A stretch of 64,000 nt of DNA from Mytilus edulis (taxonomy: Eukaryota): NCBI RefSeq assembly GCF_963676685.1, contig NC_092348.1:40176001-40240000 (forward strand), written 5' to 3'. Positions 1 to 11,953 of this stretch are shown in pieces (position 1 is the first letter of the stretch; the number at the start of each line of letters is the position of its first letter). The translations under genes were made by a program, and so were the position numbers. Under the pieces are notes generated by a model that saw only the letters and a list, made by a program, of their open reading frames with translations, made no database searches and was not told the origin of the DNA.

Positions 1-2460
1 TATCTTATATTAATATTTTGTGTTAGTTGCATTTTACAAAGTATTCATACGATATATTTCTTTCTTATATGATTGTTTATGTGATATAGGATCACTGAAT
101 AATTTTGACGGGATGTATTATGGTATACAAATGTCCGGTGTCCGTCTGTCTGTCTGTCTGTCTGTCCGTCCGTCCGTCTGTCCGTCTGTCCGGCGTAAAC
201 ATGTCGCACCGTAACTTGAGAACGACTTATCCAAATTTCATGAAACTTAATATAGTTGTTTCTTATGATGGTCAAATGATCTGTATACTTTTTGGGGAAA
301 ATAAGATTTAAAATTTTTGAGTTACGGCACTTTATAACTAAGAAAGGGGTGTGTTTTTTTCACATGTCGCACTGTATCTCAAAAACAATTCTTGATTATG
401 ACTTAAAACTTTAAACACTTCTTAGTTATATTAATCTTAATATCTGTATACTTTTTGGTGATGATTAAAAATTTCATTTTTGAGTTATTGAGTATTTTGT
501 AAAAAAGGGGGATAGTTTTTTTACATGTCGCGCAATATCTCAAAAACTATTTATGATTATTGCTTTAAACTTTACACATGTTTTTGTTATATTAATATCA
601 ATTTCTGTATACTTTTTGGTGATGATTCAAAATTTCATTTTTGAGTTATTAGTATTTTGTAAAAAAGGGGGAGGGTTTTTTTTTTACATGTTGTGCCGTA
701 TCTCAAAAACGATTTATGATTATTGCTTAAAACTTTACACACTTGTTTGTTCTATTAATCTAAAGATCTGTATACTTTTTGGTGATTATTCAAAATTTTA
801 TTTTTGAGTTATTGAGTATTTTGTAAAACAGAGGAGGGTTTTTTACATGTCGTGCCGTATCTCAAAAATAAGTTATGATTATTGCTTAAAACTTTACACA
901 CTTCTTTGATATATTAATCTAAAGATCTGTATATTTTTTGGTTTTGATTCAAAATTTTATTTGGGTAATATTTAGTTTTTGTAAAAAAAACCAGGGAAGG
1001 GGGTTTCACATGTCCCGCCGTGTCTCTAAAACAATATATGGTTATTGCTTAAAACTTTCTCATAAACTATTTATGATTATTGCATAAGACTTCCACATAA
1101 GACGTCGGGCGTATCATGCGCTCATGGCGCAGCTGTTTATTTTGATATCAAAACAAATGACGGACAAAAATCCAGGTTTTTTGTTTGTTTTTTTTTTATT
1201 TCTTTTTTATATGATTGTTTATATGATATAGGATCACTGAATAATGAATATGTATTGTGTGGTCGTAGATACATATTTCCCGCCACCATTTTCAATCCAA
1301 CACTTTCAGATTTCTAGGTAAAAAGTAGGCATTTTTTTATGTTTTCTAATGATTTATGAGAACCCAGATTCATTTTAAATATTAGGTTTTTACCCCCAAA
1401 CTCACTGCAATAGTAGGTTGGAATAATTTTCCAGTTTGCCCAAGTTTCATCTGTAAGTCTTTTAACCAAATTTATTTTCATTGCTTCAATGTAAGAATCA
1501 AGATCTGTCATTTTTAACCCCCTTCTAAATAATCTTTTCTTAGCAATAATTAACTTTCTCACTATCGCCCTCCCTCTTAAACTTAGATATTGTTTCTTTG
1601 CACAGATTTATTAGTGATGCAATATATGTTATATTAGGTTTAACAAGTGTTTTGACGATATTGATTTTACCAATCATGCTTGTTTTCTTTTTTTTTCCAA
1701 TCGTTAATATTTTTTTCTGATTTTTCTAACTGTTTTTCTGAATTAAGTTTTTGACATTCTTACTTGTCAGATCCAAAATAAATACCGAGACTTTTTACTT
1801 TATATTTCCAATTAATGTTTTCAAATTTGTCCTTGCAGTGTTTAAGTTTACCTAACCATATACCTTCTGTTTTGTTTCTATTGAGTTTTAGCCCAGAGAG
1901 CGATCCAAAGGTTTCAATTATATTAAGTGCATGCTTTATTTTATTTTTAGATTTAAAAAAAAAAAGAGTTGTGTCATCTGCTTATTGTGAGATTTTTAAA
2001 CTATGAGTTATTTTTTATCAGATTTGATTTGTTTTCCTTTTATATTATTAGAGTCTCTTATTCTGCAAGCCAGTAATTGAACTGATAAAACAAACAATAA
2101 AGCGCTTAAAGGACACGCTTGTCGAATTCCGCGCTCAATGTTAAAGGTTTCTGAAATCCACCCGTTATTTAAGATACATCCTTTTATGTCATAATATGGG
2201 GCTTAAACCGACTTCTGAAATGATTGATTAAACCCAAATTTCTTTAATGATTCCAAAATAAAATACCATGAAACAGAAAAGTCAATAAATAATATAGCTC
2301 CTTCAATATTTTTTAAATTTTCAGAAGAATCTATAATGTCTTGAATTTGACGCACATTAAATCCTATATAGCGATTTTTATGTATCCATTTTGGTCCCTA
2401 TGGATTATTAACGGTAGGATTTTTAGATAATGTTATTGGACGGTTATTATCCAGGGACAG
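1..2460 (-). mobile_element. Degenerate L1/Tx1-type LINE, RT and post-RT region (interrupted by a HINE at ~103-1138)
   Basis: Minus-strand remnants of GIRQACPLSALLF (~2100-2135), ISQ*ADDTT (~1970-1996), GLKLNRNKTEGIWLG, KSLGIYFG and GLKMTDLDSYIEAMKINLVKRL, with many stops and frameshifts; similar to the element at 21.3-23.3 kb. Confidence 0.8.
103..1138 (+). mobile_element. Non-autonomous Helentron-type (HINE/pearl-like) element with (GTCY)n microsatellite and ~161-bp internal tandem repeats
   Basis: GTCT/GTCC microsatellite at 140-190; units beginning ACATGTCGC at ~199, 362, 523, 686, 845, 1008; 3' hairpin TGCGC-TCATG-GCGCA followed by GCTGTT. Confidence 0.75.
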
Positions 2461-2731
2461 CTTTTTTTTTACTATGTATGAATTCTAATTTTCTTCCATT
2501 TCAGTATTGATTTTTTAATCTTATAGATAACAATGCAACTCCTTGATCTAATTGTCTTACATGCAGCATTCTCATAACTAGCAGAAATGATTGGTCACTG
2601 ATTCATTAAATGCAAATGACAACAAAGAGTCATCTTCCATACCAGGTCTACCCCTTAAATTTCCTGTTTCACATATGTTCTTTGGGCTTCAGATTTTTTG
2701 CACCTAATGCAAAAAAGGCATAATATCGCAA

Positions 2732-3645
2732 TCCCACTAGGCCACGATCGCACTACAATCATGCAGATCGTAGTAAGGTCGTAGTACGGTCTTGGTGAGG
2801 TCTTCATGATCGTGATGAGCGTTGCCAATTTTGAACATGTTAAAAACAATTGTGGTGCGGTCGTGGCGAAATCAGGTAGTAGTAGAAGCGTAGTGAGAGC
2901 GCAGTAATGTTGTGGCAAGATCACAAAGGTCGCTGTACCATCGTATACGTAGCGACAGCGTAGCGAAAGCGTGATTCTAGTCGGGGAGACTGTGCTACAG
3001 CGACTTAACGACAACCTCACCACGACCATCACGTTCTTACCGCGACCCAAACACGCTTCCACTACGACTATACCACGTCTATACCACGCTTATACCACGC
3101 TGTTCAAGACCATATTTCGTTTTTAGCACGCCCATGCCGTCCTCATTACGCTGTATTTACGCCCCGACTACGGTCGTACTACGATCATCATGCTCACTGT
3201 CATACAAAATTCATAAAACTTTCCATCTTTTGTTTTATCTGTATGCAATTATTCGGACCTCTTGTCCTTTATCTCCAACGGCTCAACCATTCTTGACACG
3301 TCTGTGTCATCAAAACTATCGTTCTTAAAGCAAAGTCTCTCTTTCAATAAATATACTACTGGTTGGGTAGGTCGGTCCCACATATATTTTCGAAATCATG
3401 ATTCATTACTATTACATCTCCCTCTGCCTCTCCCTCTACCCCTACCCTTACGTAGATTTTGGTTTCATGACTGCGTTGTTTCCGAGAAACTCTACGTATC
3501 AATGGGAAATAAAAGGAATGATACAGTATTTATATGGAACACGATGTTGACGTTATTACTGGGAGCGTAGTAAGATCGCGGAATGAACGTGGTATGATTG
3601 TAGTATGGTCGTGGTAAGAGCGTGCTACAATCACAGTAGAAGCGT
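2732..3645. mobile_element. Partial non-autonomous PIF/Harbinger-like element (same family as 52102-53384)
   Basis: Starts with the terminal repeat TCCCACTAGGCCACGATCGCACTAC; collinear with 52110-53140; CGTAG/CGTGG-rich subterminal repeats; right end missing. Confidence 0.8.
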
Positions 3646-3878
3646 CTAAAAGATTTCTTCAACAGGCCTTTATAAATCCCTTTCGGTTTGAAACATTAGG
3701 CCACTATATTGTCTTTTAGTTTTTATCTATATGCACTAGATCCTGTTTTGTGAACTTTCTACACGTTTCCCCTCAAATTACGTAAGAGGTAAGAGAATCA
3801 TTCTTGAATTATCTTGTAAACTTCAAAAATTGGTTGAAATTTCATTTTCCATGAACCGTCAGATTTAATAGAATTTAC

Positions 3879-6800
3879 CTCCCAAGTCGATAACCATATA
3901 CTTCTGTCCACTTTCAGGCATTGAAAATAATAAACTCTTCATAGATACCAGAAACCTCTTTACTTTTCCATCAGGCCCATGGAGTCTTTCTGTAGGGAGA
4001 TAATTCTGATATTGGCAATATATTGATGCACATTCTGGTTCTAATGCAATAAGCAGATTTTCATCTGATATTCCAGCCTAAAATATATCAAAAAGCTAGA
4101 ACATAAACTCCGTCCCGACCCTACACTCCCAAAATTTAACGCGATTGTCCTAAAGAGGTTGCGTTGCAACTTGTCAAAATCTAGGATGAATGAGATTCAA
4201 TAACAATCGACAACCTATAAAAAAAACCCAAAATGCTTCTTTTACTGAGATAATGTCATCAAAATAGTTCAAGCATCCATCCTTCAAATATTGTTGTTAA
4301 TGAAAAATGTTGAATACTAATGATATGTTTGTTTGCATTTAACAACAGTTTCTGCACATTGGTTATAGTAAGACGGGAAATGTCATTGATGGGGAAATCA
4401 GGAGAATACAGAGAAAAACATCATTTTAGCAGCCTAATTAACACTATTTTCTATTAAAATTATTTCCCTTGCATCTTTCATTTTGTAATTCTGGCATACC
4501 AAGTTATCAGCATTGCATCCTTTACTGATTCTTTACTGTCTTCTCATTATATCAAGTTTAACAATGACACCACGGAATAATTGACAGATAAGATGAATCC
4601 AACTTTTCCTATTTTTTAGTTTCGTTTTTATCAAAATATCCTTTTACATTCAAACATGTTAAACACCAAGATAGGTCTTCGGTTTTCTTTTATGCTAGTA
4701 TGCGTTTGCTGTGGAAATATATGTGAGTGTATCCAACAGCCCACAATCCGTATCATCCATTATTGCTTGAAGAAATAAGTAAAGATTTCTAAAAATAAAA
4801 TCCAACGTAATTAGCTACGCTAGGAAGTAAACTCATCACATATACCAGGACTGTTTTGCATGTGCGTCAGACGCGCGTTTTGTTTACAAAAGACTATTCA
4901 GTGACGCACGAATCAAATTAGGTACGAAGTTGAAGAGCATTGAGGACCGCAAATTTATAAAGTTTTGCCAAATACAGCTAAGGTAATCTATCCTCTAGGT
5001 AGAAAAGTCTAAGTATTAAATGGTTTTGCTGTTACCTCGATAACTCTTAAGACACATAATTTTAGGATGGTGTGCATCTCTACCAGAGGATTGGGAACCC
5101 ATAATAAATAATAACAAGTGGTTTCGCCCATTTTTAATCCTTAAACACAAAAGCTGAAACTCTTGAATACGATCTGATAAAATGCTACGTTATTTTGTTT
5201 AATCTTCAGTCTGAATAATTAAGAGACCATTAACTGGGACATGTTTGAACAGACAGTCAATGCATTCAGTCTCCATCAATCGAACGACGACTGAAATCTT
5301 TTTTCTCCCGCAGACAAATTCAGTTAAGACTTAATCAAGTTCCCTAAAATTGTTTTATAATAGTTTGAAGGTAGAATGAAAAAGTATACCGCATTTGCAC
5401 TTCGTCTCATAAACTGCTTTGCTGAATCCGTCCAAATTGCTGGCACTGTCAAAACCCATCTGATTTCATCATCATGAATTCCAGTTCCCTGCTTTGCTAG
5501 TTTGTCAATCAAATGTGAAGTCAGAGCCTTAATTGAGAGACTAAACACATGGATAGCACTAACAGGCTTTCCAGATATATCTTCCATCATCATATCAAGT
5601 GTTATGTTCTACAATTGATAACGTGATATATACAGAAAATGTGTTCAGCATAAACGATTATAATAAGTTTTTATTGTTTCAAGAATAAATGGCTCCGAGC
5701 AAACTAAGTCATGTCTTATATATCAGTTAGTTGTTGTTGTCTTCAAACTTGCTTTCAGTAATTACGAGTACTCTTATATCAGCACAGTGTCTTTGGTTTT
5801 TAGTTTAGTGGTTTTGTGCTTCGTGCTAATCTGATGAGTATAGATATGTCCGGTTGACATTCACAGTTTATTATTCTGTTGTGCTGTTACATCACTGTCC
5901 AAGGATAGAAGAGGAGGTTTCACAAACATGTTTAACCATTTTGATTAAACGAATGCATGTTACAAGTCATGAACTTTTAAATAACAAAGCTGTCATTGGT
6001 TAATGTTTCAATATAATCAAATATATATTTATGATTTAGTTATCTTTTTAATTTGAGCACGCGAGCTAATGTAGATCAGAATTTTGATTTCCATTCTTTA
6101 TAGTACTCAAAATGATAGCAAACACTATTTAGAAATCTGATCTTACATGTTTACAGTTTTCTCCCAAAAGGTACAGATGATTAAACACACCATTAGAGGG
6201 ACATTGCTCATATAGGAAGACAACCGATGATTTCAATCGTGTCATCTTATCTCAAGAACTTATTTTGCTGATCTTTGATTTAAATGTTTTTCTTAATCTA
6301 ATCTCAAAACCGCAAACACAGGTTAAGATTGTTACTAATGGGCAAAACTAGAAACAGTCATATACAAGGATGTAGAGTTGTCTCAGTGGCACTCATACTA
6401 CATTTATTTTTACCCTAAGAGCCCCCAAATAGCAAATATAATAGTAAAATGCACGAGTTAACGTCACCGTTGAAAAACTGCAATCCCTAAGTGTATCACT
6501 TTGCATTGTTGTTTACACCAAAATGTCTTTATAATCAATTTCAGTTTACAAATGTATTCACATGTACCTTGTTGTTATGTAGATTCATTTTAAAACGATG
6601 AAAGTAGTAGAACTTATCTTGTTTCCCGTCCATCAATATATCGGCATATGTGTTTTCCGCATCATATCCGAATGAATCAAAATCCTTCTTTGCATCTAGA
6701 AGTATGCATGTTGGTGTTTTCAATGACATGAAGTGCTTTCCACCTGAATTCCATGCCTGGTTTGCCCTTATTTTTAAGGGATCAGACTTGAAATTTTCTT

Positions 6801-6882
6801 TCATAGAAAATGCATATCCTGAGTATGTGGTGCCAAAGTCCAAGGCTGCAACCATTAGGTAATTATTTTTTAATTTTGCCAT
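3879..6882 (-). CDS. HSPA12A: Heat shock 70 kDa protein 12A/B-like (atypical Hsp70), first three coding exons; 3' part lies outside the window
   Basis: Exons 6882-6568 (VAALDFGTTYSGYAFS...SLKTPTCILL), 5608-5390 (IRWVLTVPAIWTDSAKQFMRRSA) and 4077-3879 (AGISDENLLIALEPECASIYC...YMVIDLGG); GT-AG boundaries with compatible phases (0, 0, then 1). The symbol is a family-level assignment. Confidence 0.93.
4828..5020 (-). mobile_element. Decayed retrozyme (hammerhead repeat) fragment in an HSPA12 intron
   Basis: Reverse complement resembles 35190-35216 joined to 37303-37470 (…TAGATTACCTTAGCTGTATTTGGC…GCGTCACTGAATAGTC…ACGCGCGTCTGACG); catalytic core mutated. Confidence 0.7.
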
Positions 6883-7744
6883 CCCTCGTCAGTTTGTTTT
6901 TTTACCCTAAAATATTCAACTATACGTTTAAATATTCAGTTGTGCTTTTTCTTCTGGCATGAAAGTATTGTTTGTAATATTTAAAAAAAGTATTCATCAA
7001 ATGATCAAATACCGCTAGAAATGAGATCACGGTAAATTGACGTCTGTCAGGCGAAAACGCACACATTGAAATGGTCATATGGGACATAAGGTGACTTTCA
7101 TATGAATACAAATAAGAAAATGTGGAATGAGCGCAAATGAGACAACTCTCCTTCCAAGTCACAATGTGTCAATTTTAGGTCAAAGTACGGCCTGCAACAC
7201 AGAGCTTTGGCTCTTACCGAAAAAGCAATATGAATACGAATAACAATTAACCGTGAACTCAGTTAGAGGGACACATGATTATCAATAGTAATACAACTAA
7301 ATTGGCAAAATAACCGTCATTACTAAAAACTTGCATAAGCATGATAACTTCGTGTGTGTCAATGGTTACCGATAACAATTATTTCGCACAGAGATAGTAT
7401 ACATTAACACTATTAATCTTTTATATTTCCATATTAAAATGTTTGCAAAATAGATTAAAGGATTTAAAAAAATATACATGAGCTATATAATTATATCAAA
7501 AAGATTCTTTTGAAAGAATAATAAATCTCCATATATAGGAAATCTTATCTCACATTTAGGAAAATGTGCTTTATAGCTTGTTCTATGTAGAAAACTAAAT
7601 TTCTGTGAGTCATAAAAAATAATAAGAAAAAATATCAGTACGATATGAATTGATTGGTGATAAACGCCAATCTCAGTACTTTTGGCGTTTTCTTGGTGGG
7701 CAGTTTTAAGGGGTGGGTGGCGGAAGTTATGAGTGCCTGTATAG

Positions 7745-9091
7745 AGGACAGAAAGTCACAGAACAGAAAGTCACAAGAAAGAAAGACATTTGATAAAATA
7801 AAAAGTGACAGTACAAAAAGTCACAAATAAATTGCTGACAGTTGTTGAAAAAAAACTTGAAATATAATATATTCTTTTTATTTCATATATTCATTTTACA
7901 GTTTAGGGAAATGTTCATTAGCCTTGAGAAATGAAAAAATATTAAATTTAATGATCGTTAAAGTCATAATAAACGAGTATAAGTAGAATTTATACTTCTT
8001 CTAAATATGAACAAACTAAGAATTTTCTTCAGGAAAAAGTATATGTACATAAGTTTTATGATGAAAACTATCCATTGAGATATAAAAAACATATGCATTA
8101 TTTTTTTAATTTGAGGTTTCTTATGACTTTAACCAAAACAAGAGGCTGTCACAACGACAGCAAACCGGATTTAATAACATTTATTTGTGTCCTGCCAATA
8201 TCGCAAGAACCATAACTGATGAACGCTGAAAGTGAAAATCGTCAATATCAAATTTGACATCCATTTTGTCATCAGTATCAACATATTAAAATTTGAGAAG
8301 CTTAGGTTGAATGGTTCATGAGTAAATGCTACAACATGAAAGGAAACGCCATTTTTCGATCTTTCAAGTACCATAATTGATGAACGGTAAAAGTCAAAAT
8401 CGACATTATTGAACTTGACCTCCATTTTGTCATCAGTAACAACATATAAAAATTTGAAAAGCTTTGGTTGAACAGATCATGAGTAAATGCACGGATACGA
8501 CTGGAAAAGCCATTTTTCAAGTTTTCAAGAACCATAACTCCTGAACGGTAAAAGTCAAAATCGTCATTATTGAACTTGACCTCCATTTTGTCATCAGTAA
8601 CAACATATTAAATTTGGGAAGCTTTGGTTGAACAGTTCATGCGTAAATGAACGGACACGACTGGAAATGCCATTTTTCAATCTTTCAAGAACCATAACTC
8701 CTGAACGGTAAAAGTCAAAATCATCACCTTCATTTTGTTGTCAGTAACAACATATAAAATTTTTAAAAGCTGTGGTTGAACGGTTCATGAGTAAATGCAC
8801 GGACAACATTTGGTTGCCGTCCGCCCGACCGACCACCCGACTGCCCGCCGTACATCCCCAAATCAATAACCGACATTTTTGTCACAAAAACTTGTTAAAA
8901 ATGATATATTTCTTTGCACTATGAAACCATATATTATAAAGTACCAATCCAGTTTGACATTATTTTTTTTTAACAATTATTTGATTATTATTGAAATTCA
9001 ATAATTAATAATTACAAAGCTGCTTTAAATGTAATAGTTCAAGACAAATATTTTTTTAATAAGTGTTTTTGTGACTTTCTGTCCTACATTC
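7745..9091. mobile_element. MITE/foldback element with AGGACAGAAAGTCACA inverted termini, containing a nested HINE
   Basis: AGGACAGAAAGTCACA at 7745-7760 and TGTGACTTTCTGTCCT at 9070-9085; subterminal AAAGTCACA repeats. Confidence 0.6.
8137..8900 (-). mobile_element. HINE/Helentron-type element with 161-bp tandem repeats
   Basis: Units AACTTGACCTCCATTTTGTCATCAGTA at ~8251, 8412, 8573; (CCGY)n microsatellite at 8816-8850; terminal hairpin GCTGTC-ACAAC-GACAGC after AACAAG. Confidence 0.75.
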
Positions 9092-9094
9092 CCG

Positions 9095-9250
9095 GTAGAG
9101 AAATACGTACTACGGCAGAAAAAACTGACAATCCTAGTCAATTAAGATTGAGTCAAATGCACCCACCGCATCCGGGGTTCGAACTCACTACCTTAATGTT
9201 GACAGGCTAGTGATACAAAAAATGGACTTCTTAGACAACCCTGCCCTCGG
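9095..9250 (-). mobile_element. Decayed tRNA-derived SINE
   Basis: Minus strand shows an A-box-like GTTGTCTAAG and B-box GAGTTCGAACCC; a related plus-strand copy lies at ~32636-32790. Confidence 0.45.
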
Positions 9251-11953
9251 TTTATACAAACAAATATTTGCAAATAAGAATATTCTATACGTTCTTATAC
9301 TAAATGTGTGATTCGAATTATTGTTTTGTACCATATAGTTGTATGATATATACTCATGATTTAGTTACTAATCAATATTCTAACCAATGGTCGTTACAGA
9401 TACTTCCTAAAGCAGAAATCTTTATTTAATACATATTATCAACTGAATTTTAGTTTCCAATAGTAGCGGATCCAGAATTTGTCATCAGTGGGACCCACTA
9501 ACTGGCTAAGAGGGGGCCCACTTATTAGAATTATAATTAGAATACATGTATATCTATTTTGCATATTGTTGAAAACGAAAGTAACATTTATGTAAACAGG
9601 CATTTATTTGATTCTATTTAAAAAAATGAACAGTTTTTTCAATGTATTTATGAACTAGAAATAATTTAAAAAGTTAATGCAATTAGCCTACTTACATTTA
9701 TTGAAGATTTGTTAAAACGACTTGAAACTAGCCGACCTTACTACCTTAGTCAATAAATACCATAAATGTCATATGCAGTCCGGGACAACAACAATTTTTC
9801 GGAAAGGAATAATCTTTTCCTATTAAAGTTTACTAGATAAAAGATAAAACACTTACAGGTAACTCGTCTTATTCTATTTAAAAATTTAACTCCTGTTTTG
9901 AATACAACATGTTCATGTATATTTTGTATGTTATAATGCTTGCCTTCCATGGACGGAGAAAACAACGATAATTATAATTTCTGGATATTTTAAATTCAAA
10001 GTATACCGACAGACTTTAAAAACGCAACACATTTTGAAGAACTTTTTAAAAATCATTATTGATGCTCATATAACGACTATTCAGGCTTACCATACTTTCT
10101 GTTTAGAAAAAAAATAAATATTTCACTTAACTGAGGTAATAAACATAGCAGATTTTTTAAGTCGCTCGAATTTCTGAGCAATAGTCTGAAAATATCATTC
10201 AAACCGATCGTTTGTTGGTTGATAACATAAATGGTCGTATTTCATTGTAAGAGTGTCCCGTGTTTAAGGATAAGGGTGTAAATGAGTACGCTTTAAAAGC
10301 GAAGCTCATGCTAGAGGTAACAAGTAACAGGTAATAATTCAATATTAATTCTGCAAGACTTATTTAATTGATTATTTAATATCCATCTCGTTGATTTATT
10401 CCGAAATTAGAACATATTTACAATATTTTCCCCTGAAATAACTGATGTCTTAGCACAAGAAGAAAAAGTCTCAATTTAAGATGAATATTAAGACTAGAGG
10501 AAATTGCAAAAATAGGTATTGCGACAGTATATATTATCACATAAAAACAATAGCAATATAAAAGTATGTATTTATTTACTAACTTCGTGTACAACGGAAC
10601 TTAAACATGGATGATTAAAATTTCGACTCTTTTTTTTTGTTTTTGTTTTGCAAAATAACGTATGGCCAACAACAGAAATTTTCATTTAGGAAAATTGTTT
10701 TTGGTGTATGAATATCTCAATTTTTAAAATTGGTACGTTAACAAGTGGCTTTCATTTTCATGATTTCACCCTTTTGAACGAGTTGCTATTACGCACATTA
10801 TTAAAATACAGATACATTGCCCGCTGCAGTTACAATAATAGAACAACACTCACCCTACTATCTGTTCTGGTAATAATAATATCAGCCAATGAAATGTCAG
10901 CCGTGAAATATCCGAAAGTTTTTATCATTACGACAAATCCAGAGGATATAGAAAGAACTTTAAATAAAACTGTGAAATGAAGCATCAATCCTTGATGGCA
11001 AAGTGGTGACACAATATCTGTATTTGAAATAGATTGTTATTTAACAATTTCACATCTTAGAATGAATACGCTCGATAAACTTGAGGTTGTTTGAGGAGGT
11101 TTGCTACTCAGTTTCAAAATAACAAGCTTTTTATAACACTAGTATATATTGAAAATGGACAATTAAAGGAATCAAAAGAGCCAAAAAAATAAATAGGTCA
11201 ATGTGCTTGTTTTCGAGATATTAGCCATTAAAATTTTGGCGGGAAAATGTTCTCTCTTGATTTTTCATAGCGTTCTTTTTTTATAAGACTTTTACAGATT
11301 GCTTATAATTATACATGTAAAAGATTCATAAAAAGAAAAATAGGGGTCAATGGGCAAAATGTTTTCTTTTTCTATTTCTATTTATTTCTTCCTTGTTATC
11401 TTCCATTCCCTTTTCAGCCACCAGTTATTAAAGTGAGACACATATTCATTTCTTAAATCTATTCACAAATATCAGATTGTATAAATACTTATATACGTCT
11501 AAGTCTTAAAAACGTCGATGAACGGCAATAGACAACATTCGAGTTCACCCTGGACCGGAAAAAACTCTTCAACAATGCGCGTCTTTATTACGTCATTTAT
11601 CAGATAAAGTGGAATCGCCTGTATCCCTGGACCTTTCACGTTAATCAACCGTCTTAGTGATCGTCATTGTGCAGGATAAACCAGAACAACTGTTTGTTTT
11701 GTAAGTACCTAATCACAATTACCTAATGACAACAGCGAATTTTATTTGCCGAATTATTCGTGCAATATATCATTATAGTTTTCCAACCACTCGCTCAACA
11801 CTGGAACGAAAGTGACGATACCCCTAAACGCACGAATTATGTTCACTAAAACAATAGTTTTTGAAGGAAATGCACCAAACTCGAAAGTTGTCTACTATAC
11901 TGCATTAAAGGAAATGGTTTAGTTTTTTTTTATAGGATTTACGACATATATAA

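Noticed and set aside
20-311. Short ORFs with SVCL/RPSV or TDRQ repeats (also 34338-34523, 57416-57625)
   Set aside because: Translations of tetranucleotide microsatellites in HINE elements.
199-1100. CRISPR-like array (also 8190-8800)
   Set aside because: The ~161-bp units are similar along their whole length with no unique spacers; they are HINE internal repeats.
2655-3570. ORFs 2655-3062, 3134-3328, 3262-3570 and those at 52221-53321
   Set aside because: Chance open frames in the stop-poor arms of the Harbinger-like element; not conserved in frame between the two copies.
10708-11012. Overlapping ORFs between HSPA12 and cGLR copy A
   Set aside because: No recognisable motifs or supporting exon chain; treated as chance ORFs.
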